DNA of 64,000 bases from positions 6,259,712 through 6,323,711 of the forward strand of contig NC_068992.1 of NCBI RefSeq assembly GCF_001194135.2, read 5' to 3'. The notes beneath the pieces were generated by a model that had not been told where the DNA came from, made no database searches, and saw only the letters and a program-made list of their open reading frames with translations. This document shows positions 14,443 through 26,038 of this stretch, piece after piece. Each line of letters opens with the position of its first letter. Within the stretch, counting starts at the first letter, position 1. A program made the position numbers and the translations under genes. Origin of the DNA: Octopus bimaculoides (taxonomy: Eukaryota).

Positions 14443-14715
14443 GTTTGTTATGAACCATCAAAGTCAAATCAAGCTATAAAAAGAAAGAAAACAAACGTTT
14501 CCATTAAAACTGAAGAGAGTGGAGACGCGAGTGTCAAGAACAATTCCTCCTTTGACAATGTGTTAGTCTCCATCAAAGCAGAAATATTGAAAATTATGAG
14601 CATCAACTGCCTAACCGTTCTAGGAAGAAAGCTATTTGAAATTGGAAAATTCAATTTGGTGGAAATCAAACGGATCAGTGAATTTGAATATGAGAGGGAC
14701 CGTGCGAGCAAGTGA
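14440..14715 (+). pseudogene. Candidate CARD/death-fold exon or ORF
   Basis: FDNVLVSIKAEILKIMSINCLTVLGRKLFEIGKFNLVEIKRISEFEYERDRASK resembles CARD helices 1-4 by eye (L..Lf..g.f...E...I......rdra.kL). Possible donor AA|GTGAGG after 14711. Confidence 0.4.
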
Positions 14716-15049
14716 GGTGTTCTTTGAAACCATCAATTAAGGACGTCTTCATTAACACATCACAAATTTCGTGAACATGAGACATATGATGAACGTACCT
14801 TCCATATTGCTACAAATCCCTACAAAATTCATATGAACCTAGCTATGAACAAAATGCAGAAGTCCCTCTGGTTAAAAAAGAAATACGATGATCTTGCTTT
14901 GTAACATCAAGGCGGAGAATAAAAAAAAAATACGATGTTGTCAAGATCCGCTCCAGTCCCGATCACATCTATCTTTTGTCTAAGGTGTTCCAGTCATGAA
15001 CATCACGTTTATTTCTCTGTATCTATATAAAGATTTGTTTTCCATTTCA

Positions 15050-15690
15050 AATTAATAGAACGATGTTTTAGGAAACTAACTACTTTTTTTACAATTATAA
15101 TTGCGATCGAAACCTTCTTAGGTAAATCATCACACTTGATCAAAAGTGGGATCTCTATGATGTCCAATGCAAACTACGAAGCTTAACACCCAATGAAAAG
15201 GAAATGCCTTTCCCCAAAGCAAAGATACACGAAAAACTTATACTCTAACTTAGGTTGGAAATGAAAGTATTAAACTTGATTAAAACGTCAATGCGGAAAA
15301 ATATTGTCCTTAATTAGAATCATTTCATAAAGAACCAGACAAAACACCTCTCATAGTTCACTAATAAAATAGGTTTACTTTTACACGATAATATAAAGCC
15401 ACATGTTACCCAAGTGGCCTGGAAAATATAACAGCACTCTATTTCTGACTGTCATCCTTTAAGCACGTTGCAATATTATTTAGGGGGAAAAAAAGTTTAT
15501 TGATTGCGAAGAAGTAAAAGTGATAATGAGTGTTTCTTCACTTCGAAACCCTAAGAATTTTATGCCTTAGGGATCAACAACTTGCCGAGTTGATGTCATT
15601 GAGAAGAAATATTATTGCGATTAAATACACCAATTAAGATCAAAGAGCCATTTGGTTCTTTCCCAACAACTTGAAATACGTTTTCCAACG
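15050..15690 (+). mobile_element. Degraded mariner transposase relic
   Basis: IITLDQKWDLYD (cf. ITGDEKWVLYD), PKAKIHEKLIL and LLLHDNIKPHV (cf. HDNARPH); many stops and frameshifts. Confidence 0.75.
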
Positions 15691-15695
15691 TAACG

Positions 15696-15733
<38 letters not shown>

Positions 15734-15775
15734 TAAGATAGAGAGAGAGGAAGATAGAGATGCAGTATATACATA

Positions 15776-16481
15776 TACGAAGGAGAGTTAAAACTTACAC
15801 GCACTCTTGTTTTTTCTTCGTTTTTTTTCAATGTATTTACACAAATCAGGGGATAAACAAGTACGTCATTTTTCTAAATGATTTCCTTTCTTGTCGATGC
15901 ACTTCGTCCAGCGGTCCACAAGTTTGCGTATTCCCTCCAAGAAGAATGTTTTCGGTTGGTCGTGCAACCATTTATGTGCCGCTACGTTCACATCTTTATC
16001 CGTAGGAAATCGATGACCTCGTAGTCCGTCTTTGAGCGGTCTGAAGATATGATAGTCTGAAGGAACAAAATCTGGATTATAGGCAGTGTGTTCCAGCACC
16101 TCAAAATCCAGTTGGTTAATGGTCTGAGCGGCCGTGTATGGGCGTGCATTGTCAGGAAACAACAGAAATTTCTTCGACAATAGGCTTCGGCGATTGGTAC
16201 AAATTGCTGGCTTCAGTTTGTGGGCCGGAATACCAATGTATCTATCACTGTTGGTCGTACATCTGCATTCCAGTGAGATCGGATCACTGCTCTTCGTTCT
16301 ACTTTGGAGCGGCTTTGCATACACTGTAATGGCAGAAAGGAAAATGATGCGATGAGGCTCAAATTTCAATAACGTGACCACAATAGTACCAACTATAAGC
16401 ACGCATGCGCAGAAGGCAGTGTGACAGTAATAAAAATATGTTATGACAAAAGTGTGGATATTTGTTTTACTTTCCTTCGTT
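15776..16481 (-). mobile_element. Internally deleted mariner with both TIRs
   Basis: ORF 16402-15866 ends FPDNARPYTA...HTAYNPDFVPSDYHIFRPLK...LVDRWTKCIDKKGNHLEK (DNARPH and YSPDLAPSD motifs). Imperfect TIRs tacgaaggagagttaaaac (15776) and reverse-complement aacgaaggaaagtaaaac (16481). Confidence 0.9.
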
Positions 16482-17081
16482 TATGCATGTATGTATGTCA
16501 TTATTTAGTTTATTTCAGTATTTCTTCCAAATACAGAAAATACCGATTTCTAACCTAGATCCAAGGCTCCTTCATTGGAATTTCTACATCAACTACAGGG
16601 TATTTTTGTATGTATGCATGTATGCATTTATGTGTATGTATGAATGTATGCATTTATGTGTATGTATGTATGTATGTATGTATGTATGTATGTATGTATG
16701 TCTTGGCTTGCAAACTATATGTAGGGCAACCACTTTGATATCTTAGATGACACCTAAAGAATGTGTTGTGCAGATGAGTCGAAGTTTTTAACAAAATACC
16801 TAGCTATGTATTTGTCTTTATTTGTTAAAAGAAAATATTTAATTAACTCGATTGCGTCACCAACTATACTGATTAATTGAATGAAAAAAAACTGGCTTCA
16901 GACTTGTATTAAATACTTTCAGATTTATGTCCTAAAGAAATGGAACTCGAAGAACGTGAAGATCATGTTTCCATCGTGATGTTTCATCAATGTCATGACT
17001 GAGATTACCTAAGTAAGTAACAAGAGAATGTGTTGATGTATGTTTAAATACATCATGACAGAGCACAACCTCTACCAACAG

Positions 17082-17520
17082 ATTTGAGTTTGGGAGCATC
17101 GAATATGCTTCAGGTTGGCACAAAACTCGTTCCATATAGCAGTTAAAGCAGATTCAATTATCACTTTATTGTTTTCAAAATTGTGTGCCACATTTTATTG
17201 TTTATCTCCAGCCAGGAAATGTGCGCCTAAGCGACGAGGTGTTCATGATCAAAACGAGTTTATAATAGGTTTGCTCAGTAAATCTAGAAAGCCTTGAATT
17301 ATTTAAAACTTGATCAGACAAGTTCAATATCCTTTCAACTGGGATAGATTAACAATGCAGAAGAGAACTCGTTAACATCGTAAATGAGGAAGAAAATTAG
17401 TGTCTAATAATTCTCAATTGTTTGCCAAAATGTGCAAAGACCTGAGACTAATTATTGTTATTCAGATGACAACTTCCCAGAATGTTAACCGTATTTTTAA
17501 TTTATATAGTTACAATATTT
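17082..17520 (+). pseudogene. Candidate decayed NACHT/STAND NTPase core
   Basis: One frame gives SIEYASGWHKT (Walker-A-like), FQNCVPHFIVYLQ and ELVNIVNEEEN*CLIILNCL (Walker-B-like position); LIIVIQMTTS follows in a shifted frame. At least 6 stops; the catalytic G and D are altered. Confidence 0.25.
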
Positions 17521-18153
17521 CTATTGAAGCTTTACTTTTGTTGGCTATATTCTGATTGTCAACAGGTGTCTTGTTCTCAGATACTAATATTTGTCCCAGA
17601 ATCAATTCAATTTTAGCACCTTTGATTTTAATACAAATCTATTTCCAAACATTTTTGTTTATTTCTAACGACTTCCTGAAATAATATGCTGTGCTCATAG
17701 CCTGCACAGACATGCATAGGAGGAGGTTGGACTTCCAGGCAATAATGTAATTAACCATCTTTTGGATGTGCAGTATGGCGCCTGTATGTGTAGTACCAGA
17801 ATCGCCTCAGAAGTGGAAACAGTAACTCATTATCCAACTTGCTTGAACTTACCTATTTTATTAATGTGTAGCATAATTACAGATTATAGCAATTATTGTG
17901 ATGGTACGACATTTAAATTTAAATAATTCCCATAAAATTACTATGATAATTATACACATACCAGATAATACATGTACCCACAAACGTTCGTACATATCAT
18001 TTAGAAATAAATGTTCCAGTATATAATTCGAAATTAAAAACATGGTGATAATCGAGGAGTAAACAAATTGCAATAATGTAGTTATACAGAAAACTATTTA
18101 AACATTATGCAAATATTCCAGCTGCACACTAATTTGTGTTAATGGGTGTGTAG

Positions 18154-18318
18154 TACTTTACAGATGAAGAACAGCGGGCAATCAGCCTCCAATATGTTGG
18201 AGATTGGAAGAAATATATAACTACAGGGATTAAAGAAAACTATATACTTACTAAAACCCCAGCAATTCTTACAGGCATTTGTTTTAATATACGTCTTTCT
18301 TATATACGAAATTTTACA
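18154..18318 (+). pseudogene. Candidate NACHT C-terminus / helical domain 1 exon
   Basis: YFTDEEQRAISLQYVGDWKKYITTGIKENYILTKTPAILTGIC resembles the GFseeqr...IkeN...PlllwiiC pattern. Acceptor tactttacag| ends at 18163. Confidence 0.35.
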
Positions 18319-20098
18319 TAAATATCTTTTATATGTACTTTATCTCCTTTATGTATTTATTTACTATTTAGGTGGGAGTGAGTGGAACAGCTCATAATCT
18401 TTTTCTTTTATTTTTTGAAAGGGCAACGGTGTTGGCGTTAAACTGGGTACCACATTTGGCCTTCGTTTCAGGTATTCTTTGATATAAAATGAGAACATGA
18501 ATATAATTGAAACGCCATTGATCATAGATCTTTCGATCTGAGTCTGACCAAGATTTAACTTGCAACAATAATACAGACATCTCATGAGAAAGGCGATGGT
18601 AGTAGAATCAATACATCATTAGGAAAATAGATTAGATGCATTGAGTCATGTGTATGTACATAATGACTTCTAATTTCATCCTTGTATGGTTTAATGAACT
18701 TTGTAAATATTCAGGTCGATGCATAATTAACAGTAATAATTCCCGGAATGCATTGCTGCAAAGTATTTCGAGAAATATTAGAAATGCCCAGTGCAGATAT
18801 AATACAAAATCTGAAAGTAGAAATCCCTGTCATAAATAGGATAAGGAAGATCGGTTTGCTATCAAGTAGTTTTATATTTATTTTCATGGTGTGAACCTCG
18901 AACAAATATTTTTTGTCAATCATTATGAGTAAAATTGGCATAAGAGAGACGCTTCTGTGAGTGCATAATGTATTGAAGCCATACTACTATTCTAAATAGT
19001 ATACTGAACTTCTCCCGGTTAAGTACCTTAAAATGGTGACTGAGTATCTTTAATAAAATAACTTCTATCACAACCAGTTCCCGAGTTCTACAAAACGGGT
19101 TATGAGAGCGAAAACCTGCCGTCACTGACTAGGCTACAGAATGTGGGTAGCAGACATTTTATGGCAGTGATACAGCGGTCTTGTCATGTTTATCTATCTT
19201 TAAACCACTTTTAATCTTGAATTCAAATCCTAAACTTTTTAACTTGTAGGGAATATCTTCGAAAAATAGAAGTAAAGAGACGCTCAGTGAGATTTGAACT
19301 CGAAGCATAACGGACTTACTCCACAAATGTATTTCTTTCTATGCTCAAACACACATTTTATATCCATCTGTCATTTTTCACAACGACATGCTGCAAAATT
19401 ATTTTTAAAAGCCATAAAAGGAATTTGTTTGACATCTTATATTCTGAAATTGGATTAAATATGTTTCAGTAAGAATCTATAACTGAGAAAATTCACAGAA
19501 TGCTTCCCTTCATGAAAACTAACTTGAAGATTTTTCGATGTCAATAATGTCGAATTCTATATAAATACTTCTTCGCCCTGGGGATGGCAAAGCTCTTCTT
19601 TACTGATAAAATCATCAATCATTATTTTGGATTTTCAAGGATTTCAGAGCAATGTTTCTTAGAAATTCTATATACAAGATATTTTTCCAATCTTTTATAT
19701 TGGAATTATGCAATGGTTCCTGAAACAAAACAAAACTTTACATAAATGGAATAAACGGACTTAAAACAATTATATAGTTCAATTTAGAAAATAGGATATG
19801 TCCTACAACCATAAAATCAATTTCTTTTAATATTTTCTTTTGAATTCTTTAAAGATAAAGATAATAGAAATACAGATTCAACATATTATAACAACAACAA
19901 AAAATATGCTGCTTTTACAAAATAGTTCGCTCTGTAAGAATCAATACACCAGCAGTTATTGATAAAACTTGAGTTGTAAAGAGATTTTGTGGTAGCTGCT
20001 ACACATATCTGTATGTTTAACGATATCCATATACAACTTAGTGTATGCATGTATTCGTGTTTGTAGGTCTATATGCATAAACCTATGCGTGTGTCTAT

Positions 20099-20205
20099 AT
20101 GCAGAAGCACACATATACACACACATACGCACACACGAACACATGTATAACTATATGCATACATATATATATATACACATATATATATGCATGTATATGC
20201 ATATG

Positions 20206-20237
<32 letters not shown>

Positions 20238-20373
20238 NNNNNNNNNNATGCAGAAGCACACATATACACACACATACGCACACACGAACACATGTATAAC
20301 TATATGCATACATATATATATATACACATATATATATGCATGTATATGCATATGTATATATATATATACATAT
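20099..20373. other. False duplication across a 10-N gap
   Basis: 20099-~20225 is repeated essentially identically at 20248-~20373 on the other side of N10. Confidence 0.85.
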
Positions 20374-20859
20374 TCAGACACAGAGTGCGATAAAGAGTAA
20401 TGCACTTTCATATCTGAATATATATGTATATACCTAAGTATGTATGGAGGTGTGCATGTATGTATATATGTATGTAAGATTATATGTACACACGTCACAT
20501 GAATTGCTATAACCGGACTACGCAAACAAAACAAATGTTACACGAGCAGATTTAAGTACAAGCCATATATTAAAGAATCAGAGGAATACCATGATGGTCT
20601 CTATTCCATTGAGGAAACAAGTAACATACATGTTCAGAAAGAAATGCTGTTGCTTTTGGTATTATTTAACCCCAGGCCAGGTTCATCGAACAAACATATA
20701 TACAAAGGAGCACGAAATACGTCGACGCTGTGTAATTTTAACAAGGCAGTGTGAGTGTTTTCTCATAGATTTGGTTGGTATTTCTACCAAATCAAATAAG
20801 AGTTAAAAATAACTTATGAGAGACTTTTCACTTTATATAAATTCCCTCATTAAGTCAAC

Positions 20860-21720
20860 AAGTTACCTTAAATTCCAATCCCATAAGATTGACATTTGTC
20901 CGAAAGTCAAATAGACATAAGCACACAGTAATATCAAATGCTGGAGTCGAATCATCAAAGCTGAGACCTGCTTTTCTGGACAAAATAATGACAGGCATCT
21001 GTTCTTTCATTAAATGCTCCATATGGAAGGTTTTATTTATTATGTTATTATCATTACTTCTGCCACTATGTTTCAAGATGATAACTTATCTCCATTACTA
21101 TGTGTATTGGCCATGACACCACTTAGTCTGAGAAAACGATATGTTAAAATAGCTTATGTTTTGGGAAAAAGGATATGGTCAGATAAATCATTTCCAATTT
21201 ATGGAGGATAGAAAGCTTTGTGCGAAAAATGAGATGCAGTTTGAAAGTCTTGTACATACTGTTCGCATTTTCTCAAATAATATGAGTAAGGAATTTGGGA
21301 TTGATCAATGCGCTATATTGATAATGAAACAAGGAAGATTTGAAGGAAGCCTGGGAATTGAAATGCCAAATAGACACACAATGAAAGCGGTTGAGAAAAG
21401 ACAGTTCTCTAAGTATTTGGGAATACTGCAGGCAGACGAAATAAAATATGAAAGCGAATTACCAGTAGGGAAGATACAAGAAGAGTGAGAAAAATATTAT
21501 ATAATCAAGGTTGAATTAAAAAAAATTTATTGAAGTAATAAATGCAAAAGCAGTACCAGTAATCAGATACGGGTTTGGAATTGTAGATTGGGCCAAAAGC
21601 GACAGACAGAAACTGAACAGAAAAAAAAATACTAGAAAGCACACATCCTCCGTAAAGTTCTTTCAATACAGTGAAAATCACATGAGAACAAACCACAGCA
21701 CATACCCAAGGCACACAGAG
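20860..21720 (+). mobile_element. Degraded non-LTR retrotransposon RT, R4/Dong-like (R2 group)
   Basis: MFQDDNLSPLLCVLAMTPLS, INHFQFMEDRKLCAKNE (FMDD site), TVRIFSNNMSKEFGIDQCA and KYLGILQAD; AINAKAVPVIRYGFGIVDW follows in a shifted frame. Confidence 0.85.
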
Positions 21721-22079
21721 CTACGCTGTGTAGTTCAGTGAAGGCATGTGGTGAAAATAAGACTACAGGATGCTAATATTAATTTTATCTTTTAGCTTGA
21801 GGATTTTGCAACATCGTTTGCAGAGGGCAACTTTTCGCTCTTCTTCTTTGCCTCTGTTTCAATGTGTGCATGCATACATCTGCGTTTGTCAACGCATCCA
21901 CATCCAATGTAGATTCTATATCACTTTATAAAAAATCTCTTTTATTTTCCTCTTGGGAGCCGTCATTGTAAACCACAAAGGATACTTCGTCCATAGTGAA
22001 TAAGAATGTTGTAGCTGATGATGAGGAAAAGGAGGAGAAGGAGCAGGTTGAAGAGGGAGATGACGTTGATAATGATTTA

Positions 22080-22190
22080 GTCACAAGGCCACCGAATTTG
22101 AAGGGAGAAGTTTAGCCGATACCGTCAAGCCAGTACTTCACTGGTACTTTTATCGATTTTGAAGTGGGAAAAATCAAAGTTCAACTGAAT
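22080..22190 (-). mobile_element. SINE fragment
   Basis: Reverse complement of the 3' part of the 7809-type SINE. Confidence 0.6.
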
Positions 22191-22204
22191 AGGATACTAG
22201 CATT

Positions 22205-22415
22205 AGCAACAACAACAACAGCAATGACAACATGATAATAATAATAATAATAAGAAGAAGAAGAAGAAGAAGAAGAAGAGAGAGAGAGAGAGAGAGAGAA
22301 GAAGAAGAAGAGAGAGAAGAAGAAGAAGAAGAAGAAGAAGAAGAAGAAGAAGAAGAAGAAGAAGAAGAGAGAGAGAGAAGAAGAAGAAGAATGTTATTCT
22401 CCTTCTTCTCTTCAT
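22205..22415. repeat. Compound AAC/AAT/AAG/AG microsatellite running into a gap
   Basis: Directly visible. Confidence 0.95.
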
Positions 22416-23697
22416 NNNNNNNNNNNNNNNNNNNNNNNNNNNNNNNNNNNNNNNNNNNNNNNNNNNNNNNNNNNNNNNNNNNNNNNNNNNNNNNNNNNNN
22501 NNNNNNNNNNNNNNNNNNNNNNNNNNNNNNNNNNNNNNNNNNNNNNNNNNNNNNNNNNNNNNNNNNNNNNNNNNNNNNNNNNNNNNNNNNNNNNNNNNNN
22601 NNNNNNNNNNNNNNNNNNNNNNNNNNNNNNNNNNNNNNNNNNNNNNNNNNNNNNNNNNNNNNNNNNNNNNNNNNNNNNNNNNNNNNNNNNNNNNNNNNNN
22701 NNNNNNNNNNNNNNNNNNNNNNNNNNNNNNNNNNNNNNNNNNNNNNNNNNNNNNNNNNNNNNNNNNNNNNNNNNNNNNNNNNNNNNNNNNNNNNNNNNNN
22801 NNNNNNNNNNNNNNNNNNNNNNNNNNNNNNNNNNNNNNNNNNNNNNNNNNNNNNNNNNNNNNNNNNNNNNNNNNNNNNNNAACTGAGTGAAAATCAACAT
22901 AGCAATATGTCGTTGGATGAGTAATTACAATTTCTTGCATTTCTAACTAAAATGAGATGTTTACCTCTGTGTCTGTGTGTGCGTGTGTGTGTGTGTGTGT
23001 GCGTGCGCGCGTGTGTGTGAGTGCGTGTGTGTGTGATTTCACATTGTAGACAAGGAATTTGTATGAATTTAAAAGTAGGGTATGAGAGATAATTTGCACT
23101 GAATACATATTTCTTGTGCGTCTTGTAAAGCCAGATTTAATTGTAAAAAATTGTTCTTTCATTATAAATATTTATAAGCAATATTTTGTCATATATTTGT
23201 AAATAGAGGAAATAAATGAAACGCAAAATCATTGATTATTGTAATTGTTTTACGTTTTTTTTAATTTCATTTCTATCTGGGAAATGTAATTTCCAAAGTG
23301 AAACGATCGTTTTAGAATAGAATATGGCAAATACTTATTAGTGGCCAGCAAATGTTTCCAATACCTAAAAACAAATATTGCGTCAAATATTCTATATAAG
23401 AATTAAATTGAAATGATTTAAATGCATCATAAATTGAATTTATTTTGTTGTAGATATTTGATAGTTTCATTATATTGAAATAACACGGGTATTTAGTACA
23501 ATCTTAAAGAAATTTGTTTGCAATTAATTATTTTATTCAATTTGTGGAAGAAAGAAGGAAAATAAACAGCGTTTCCATTTCAAATGAAAGAAAATAGACA
23601 TATTTATCATACGGATGTACAAATACCAAAACAAACAAATACAGACATGCAAGTGTATATAGAGAGTTCATTGTTATGCATTGATGTATATACATAC

Positions 23698-23728
<31 letters not shown>

Positions 23729-23889
23729 GAGAGAGAGAGACAGAAAGACAGAAAGACAGAGAGAAAGAAAGAGTGGTAGATATATACATACGTTTCTGCA
23801 TGCATACACAAGTGTATGCATAAATATATATACATACATACATACACATACATAAATATATATACATATATATATCGTACATATATTTA

Positions 23890-24175
23890 TAAGTGGTCTG
23901 ATCTATAAGTATCCAGACTGTTGCTATAGTAACGAAGCTAAAGCACGGAGAGTGAAGCCGCTTGACAGAAATTTTAACGTTCTAGTTCACTTCGGCAGTT
24001 TACAGCAGTACTTGGAAGGAAGGTGTGTAGTGTGTGATCGTCGCATTGAAAATGACAGAGAAAATTGAGCAGAGAATGTGCATCAAATGTTGTCAAAAGC
24101 CTGGCGTCCACATCATTCTGAGTCTCTAAAGAAATAAGCTGCCAAACCGCTTATATACTCAACGAATGCATCAAT
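23890..24175 (+). mobile_element. Mariner 5' relic, internally deleted
   Basis: ATG near 24052 gives MTEKIEQRMCIKCCQKPG, a typical mariner N-terminus (EQRxCIKFC), then the sequence breaks off. Confidence 0.65.
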
Positions 24176-24646
24176 TATTCTATGAATGAGTTCCTAATTT
24201 GCATATATATATATATAATATAACGAGAGATAGAAACAGACTGATAGACTGACTGAGATGATAGATAGATAGATAGATACATACATACATACATACATAC
24301 ATACATACATACATACATACATACTTGCTCGTATATATTAAAGAGTTCAGCACTGGTGTCAATTTAATCGACTTAATCTCCTCCCTAATTTTGTTGATTA
24401 TTTTTTATTATTATCATTGTTTTTCTTCTTATTGATTGTTGTTCGTTGTTATTGTTGTTATGAATATTGTTTTTATAGAAAATAGATTTATATGTTAAAT
24501 GAGAAAAACATTTCGATCTGTACATCAGAATAAAAGATAAATGAGAGGACTGTAATACTGAGTCAGCACTGATTAGATCTTTAATGAGTCGTATCGAAAT
24601 TTCCATCCCGATATATTTCTCAGTCGTGACTAATATCGCAGTTAAT

Positions 24647-24738
24647 TCACGTAATATCATATTTTATTGTATACTTTCTGATATAACTTGCTTTTTCTTC
24701 CCATTTTCTGCTAGTCGAATAATTTACGTTACGTTTCT
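24647..24738 (-). CDS. Candidate terminal coding exon of an orphan minus-strand model
   Basis: Long pyrimidine tract ttttttttctgtctcccaaataag|. The only open frame is the phase-1 frame required by exon 25367-25292: (E)KRNVNYSTSRKWEEKASYIRKYTIKYDIT*. Confidence 0.25.
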
Positions 24739-25291
24739 CTTATTTGGGAGACAGAAAAAAAAATGATACAGACTTTGATATTAGACACGGACTGAAAGTT
24801 TGAATCCAGTTAATGTTTTGTATTCTGTTTTGTATTCATGAAAATTATTTTCATCTAATCGTTCGAAATTATCAGCAATCAGAAACGAAATATTTCTGCT
24901 TGTATTTGTCTACATATTGTTAGTGTTTCCTCGTAAATGAGAGACCAGGTTATTTTTTGCCTTGGATGTTAATTATTAAAAGATTTGTTTTGTTTTTTCT
25001 CAAATATTTTAGTTCTTTCAGTCCTGTGAGTCCTTAAGTAATTTACATACCGTATATTTTGGCATGCGATGAATAGCCCTGTCTAGCTTATTACCGCTGC
25101 AAGTTTATTTTCTTTGCACTAGATATCAGATGGAATACTCTCATTGTCCTTAATTATTAGAATCTCAAACAACAGAAAGTCCGTCTGAAGCATTATTATT
25201 GTGAATTTTATCGATTCATGGACGTTTTTGATTAATTTATTAAAGCTTCCAATGTCTCTGTTACTTCCTTTTAAAAGTGTGAAATACTCAC

Positions 25292-25367
25292 CGAATAATA
25301 TTTCCCAATGTTCTCTTAAATAGACTTTGAAGCTCATATAAATTATACTAATGATCGGATTCTTTCC
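25292..25367 (-). CDS. Candidate internal exon (76 nt), product unknown
   Basis: attctttag|GGA...TTC G|gtgagt; single open frame GKNPIISIIYMSFKVYLREHWEILF; phase 0 start matches the upstream exon. Confidence 0.4.
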
Positions 25368-25659
25368 CTAAAGAATCCAATCACTCGTGTTCCAAATAGG
25401 GGTGGGCATTGGTGTGCATTACCGTTCGTGTGCATTAATTGAACGTAATGATTTGTTTTACAAAACGAGGTGATTTTTTCAAGCATCTTTCATAATCCTA
25501 CTATTAATTGGTTGGGAAATCTATCGTAAATTAAGCGTGAAGATTTGTTTGTCCACAATTTCATCGCCATCAATACTAATTGATGCAAATTATGGGAGTA
25601 CAGGTAAATGAAAAATAAAAACAAAAATAATAACCAGAGTCGGCACTAAATTTACTCAC

Positions 25660-25776
25660 CGGATAATAATTGAAAAAGATCATTTCATCTCTGATGAAAT
25701 TTGAAAAGTGTTTGCATATTTCTTTGAATATTTTTTTCCGGTTTACAACTAAACAATTGGGAACTTGATGTTGCCC
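25660..25776 (-). CDS. Candidate internal exon (117 nt), product unknown
   Basis: atattgcag|GGG...CCG|gtgagt; single open frame GQHQVPNCLVVNRKKIFKEICKHFSNFIRDEMIFFNYYP. Confidence 0.4.
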
Positions 25777-25945
25777 CTGCAATATTTTGACATAATTTTT
25801 AATCGGTTTCGAAATTTAATTTAATAGACTAGTGGCAACTTTCTAGCGTACATAGAAAAGCCTCTTCAAAATGTCCAGAACAATTGCACACGTCTATTTC
25901 TTTCTTTCTTTCTTTCTCTTTCTATTTCTCTCTCTCTATTACTCA

Positions 25946-25947
<2 letters not shown>

Positions 25948-26035
<88 letters not shown>
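25948..26035. repeat. (CT)n microsatellite
   Basis: Directly visible. Confidence 0.95.

Positions 26036-26038
<3 letters not shown>

Noticed and set aside
17861-18073. Transmembrane-looking minus-strand ORF inside the NLR-like region
   Set aside because: No motif; ends in stops before the nearby donor. It does show that strand assignment here is not certain.
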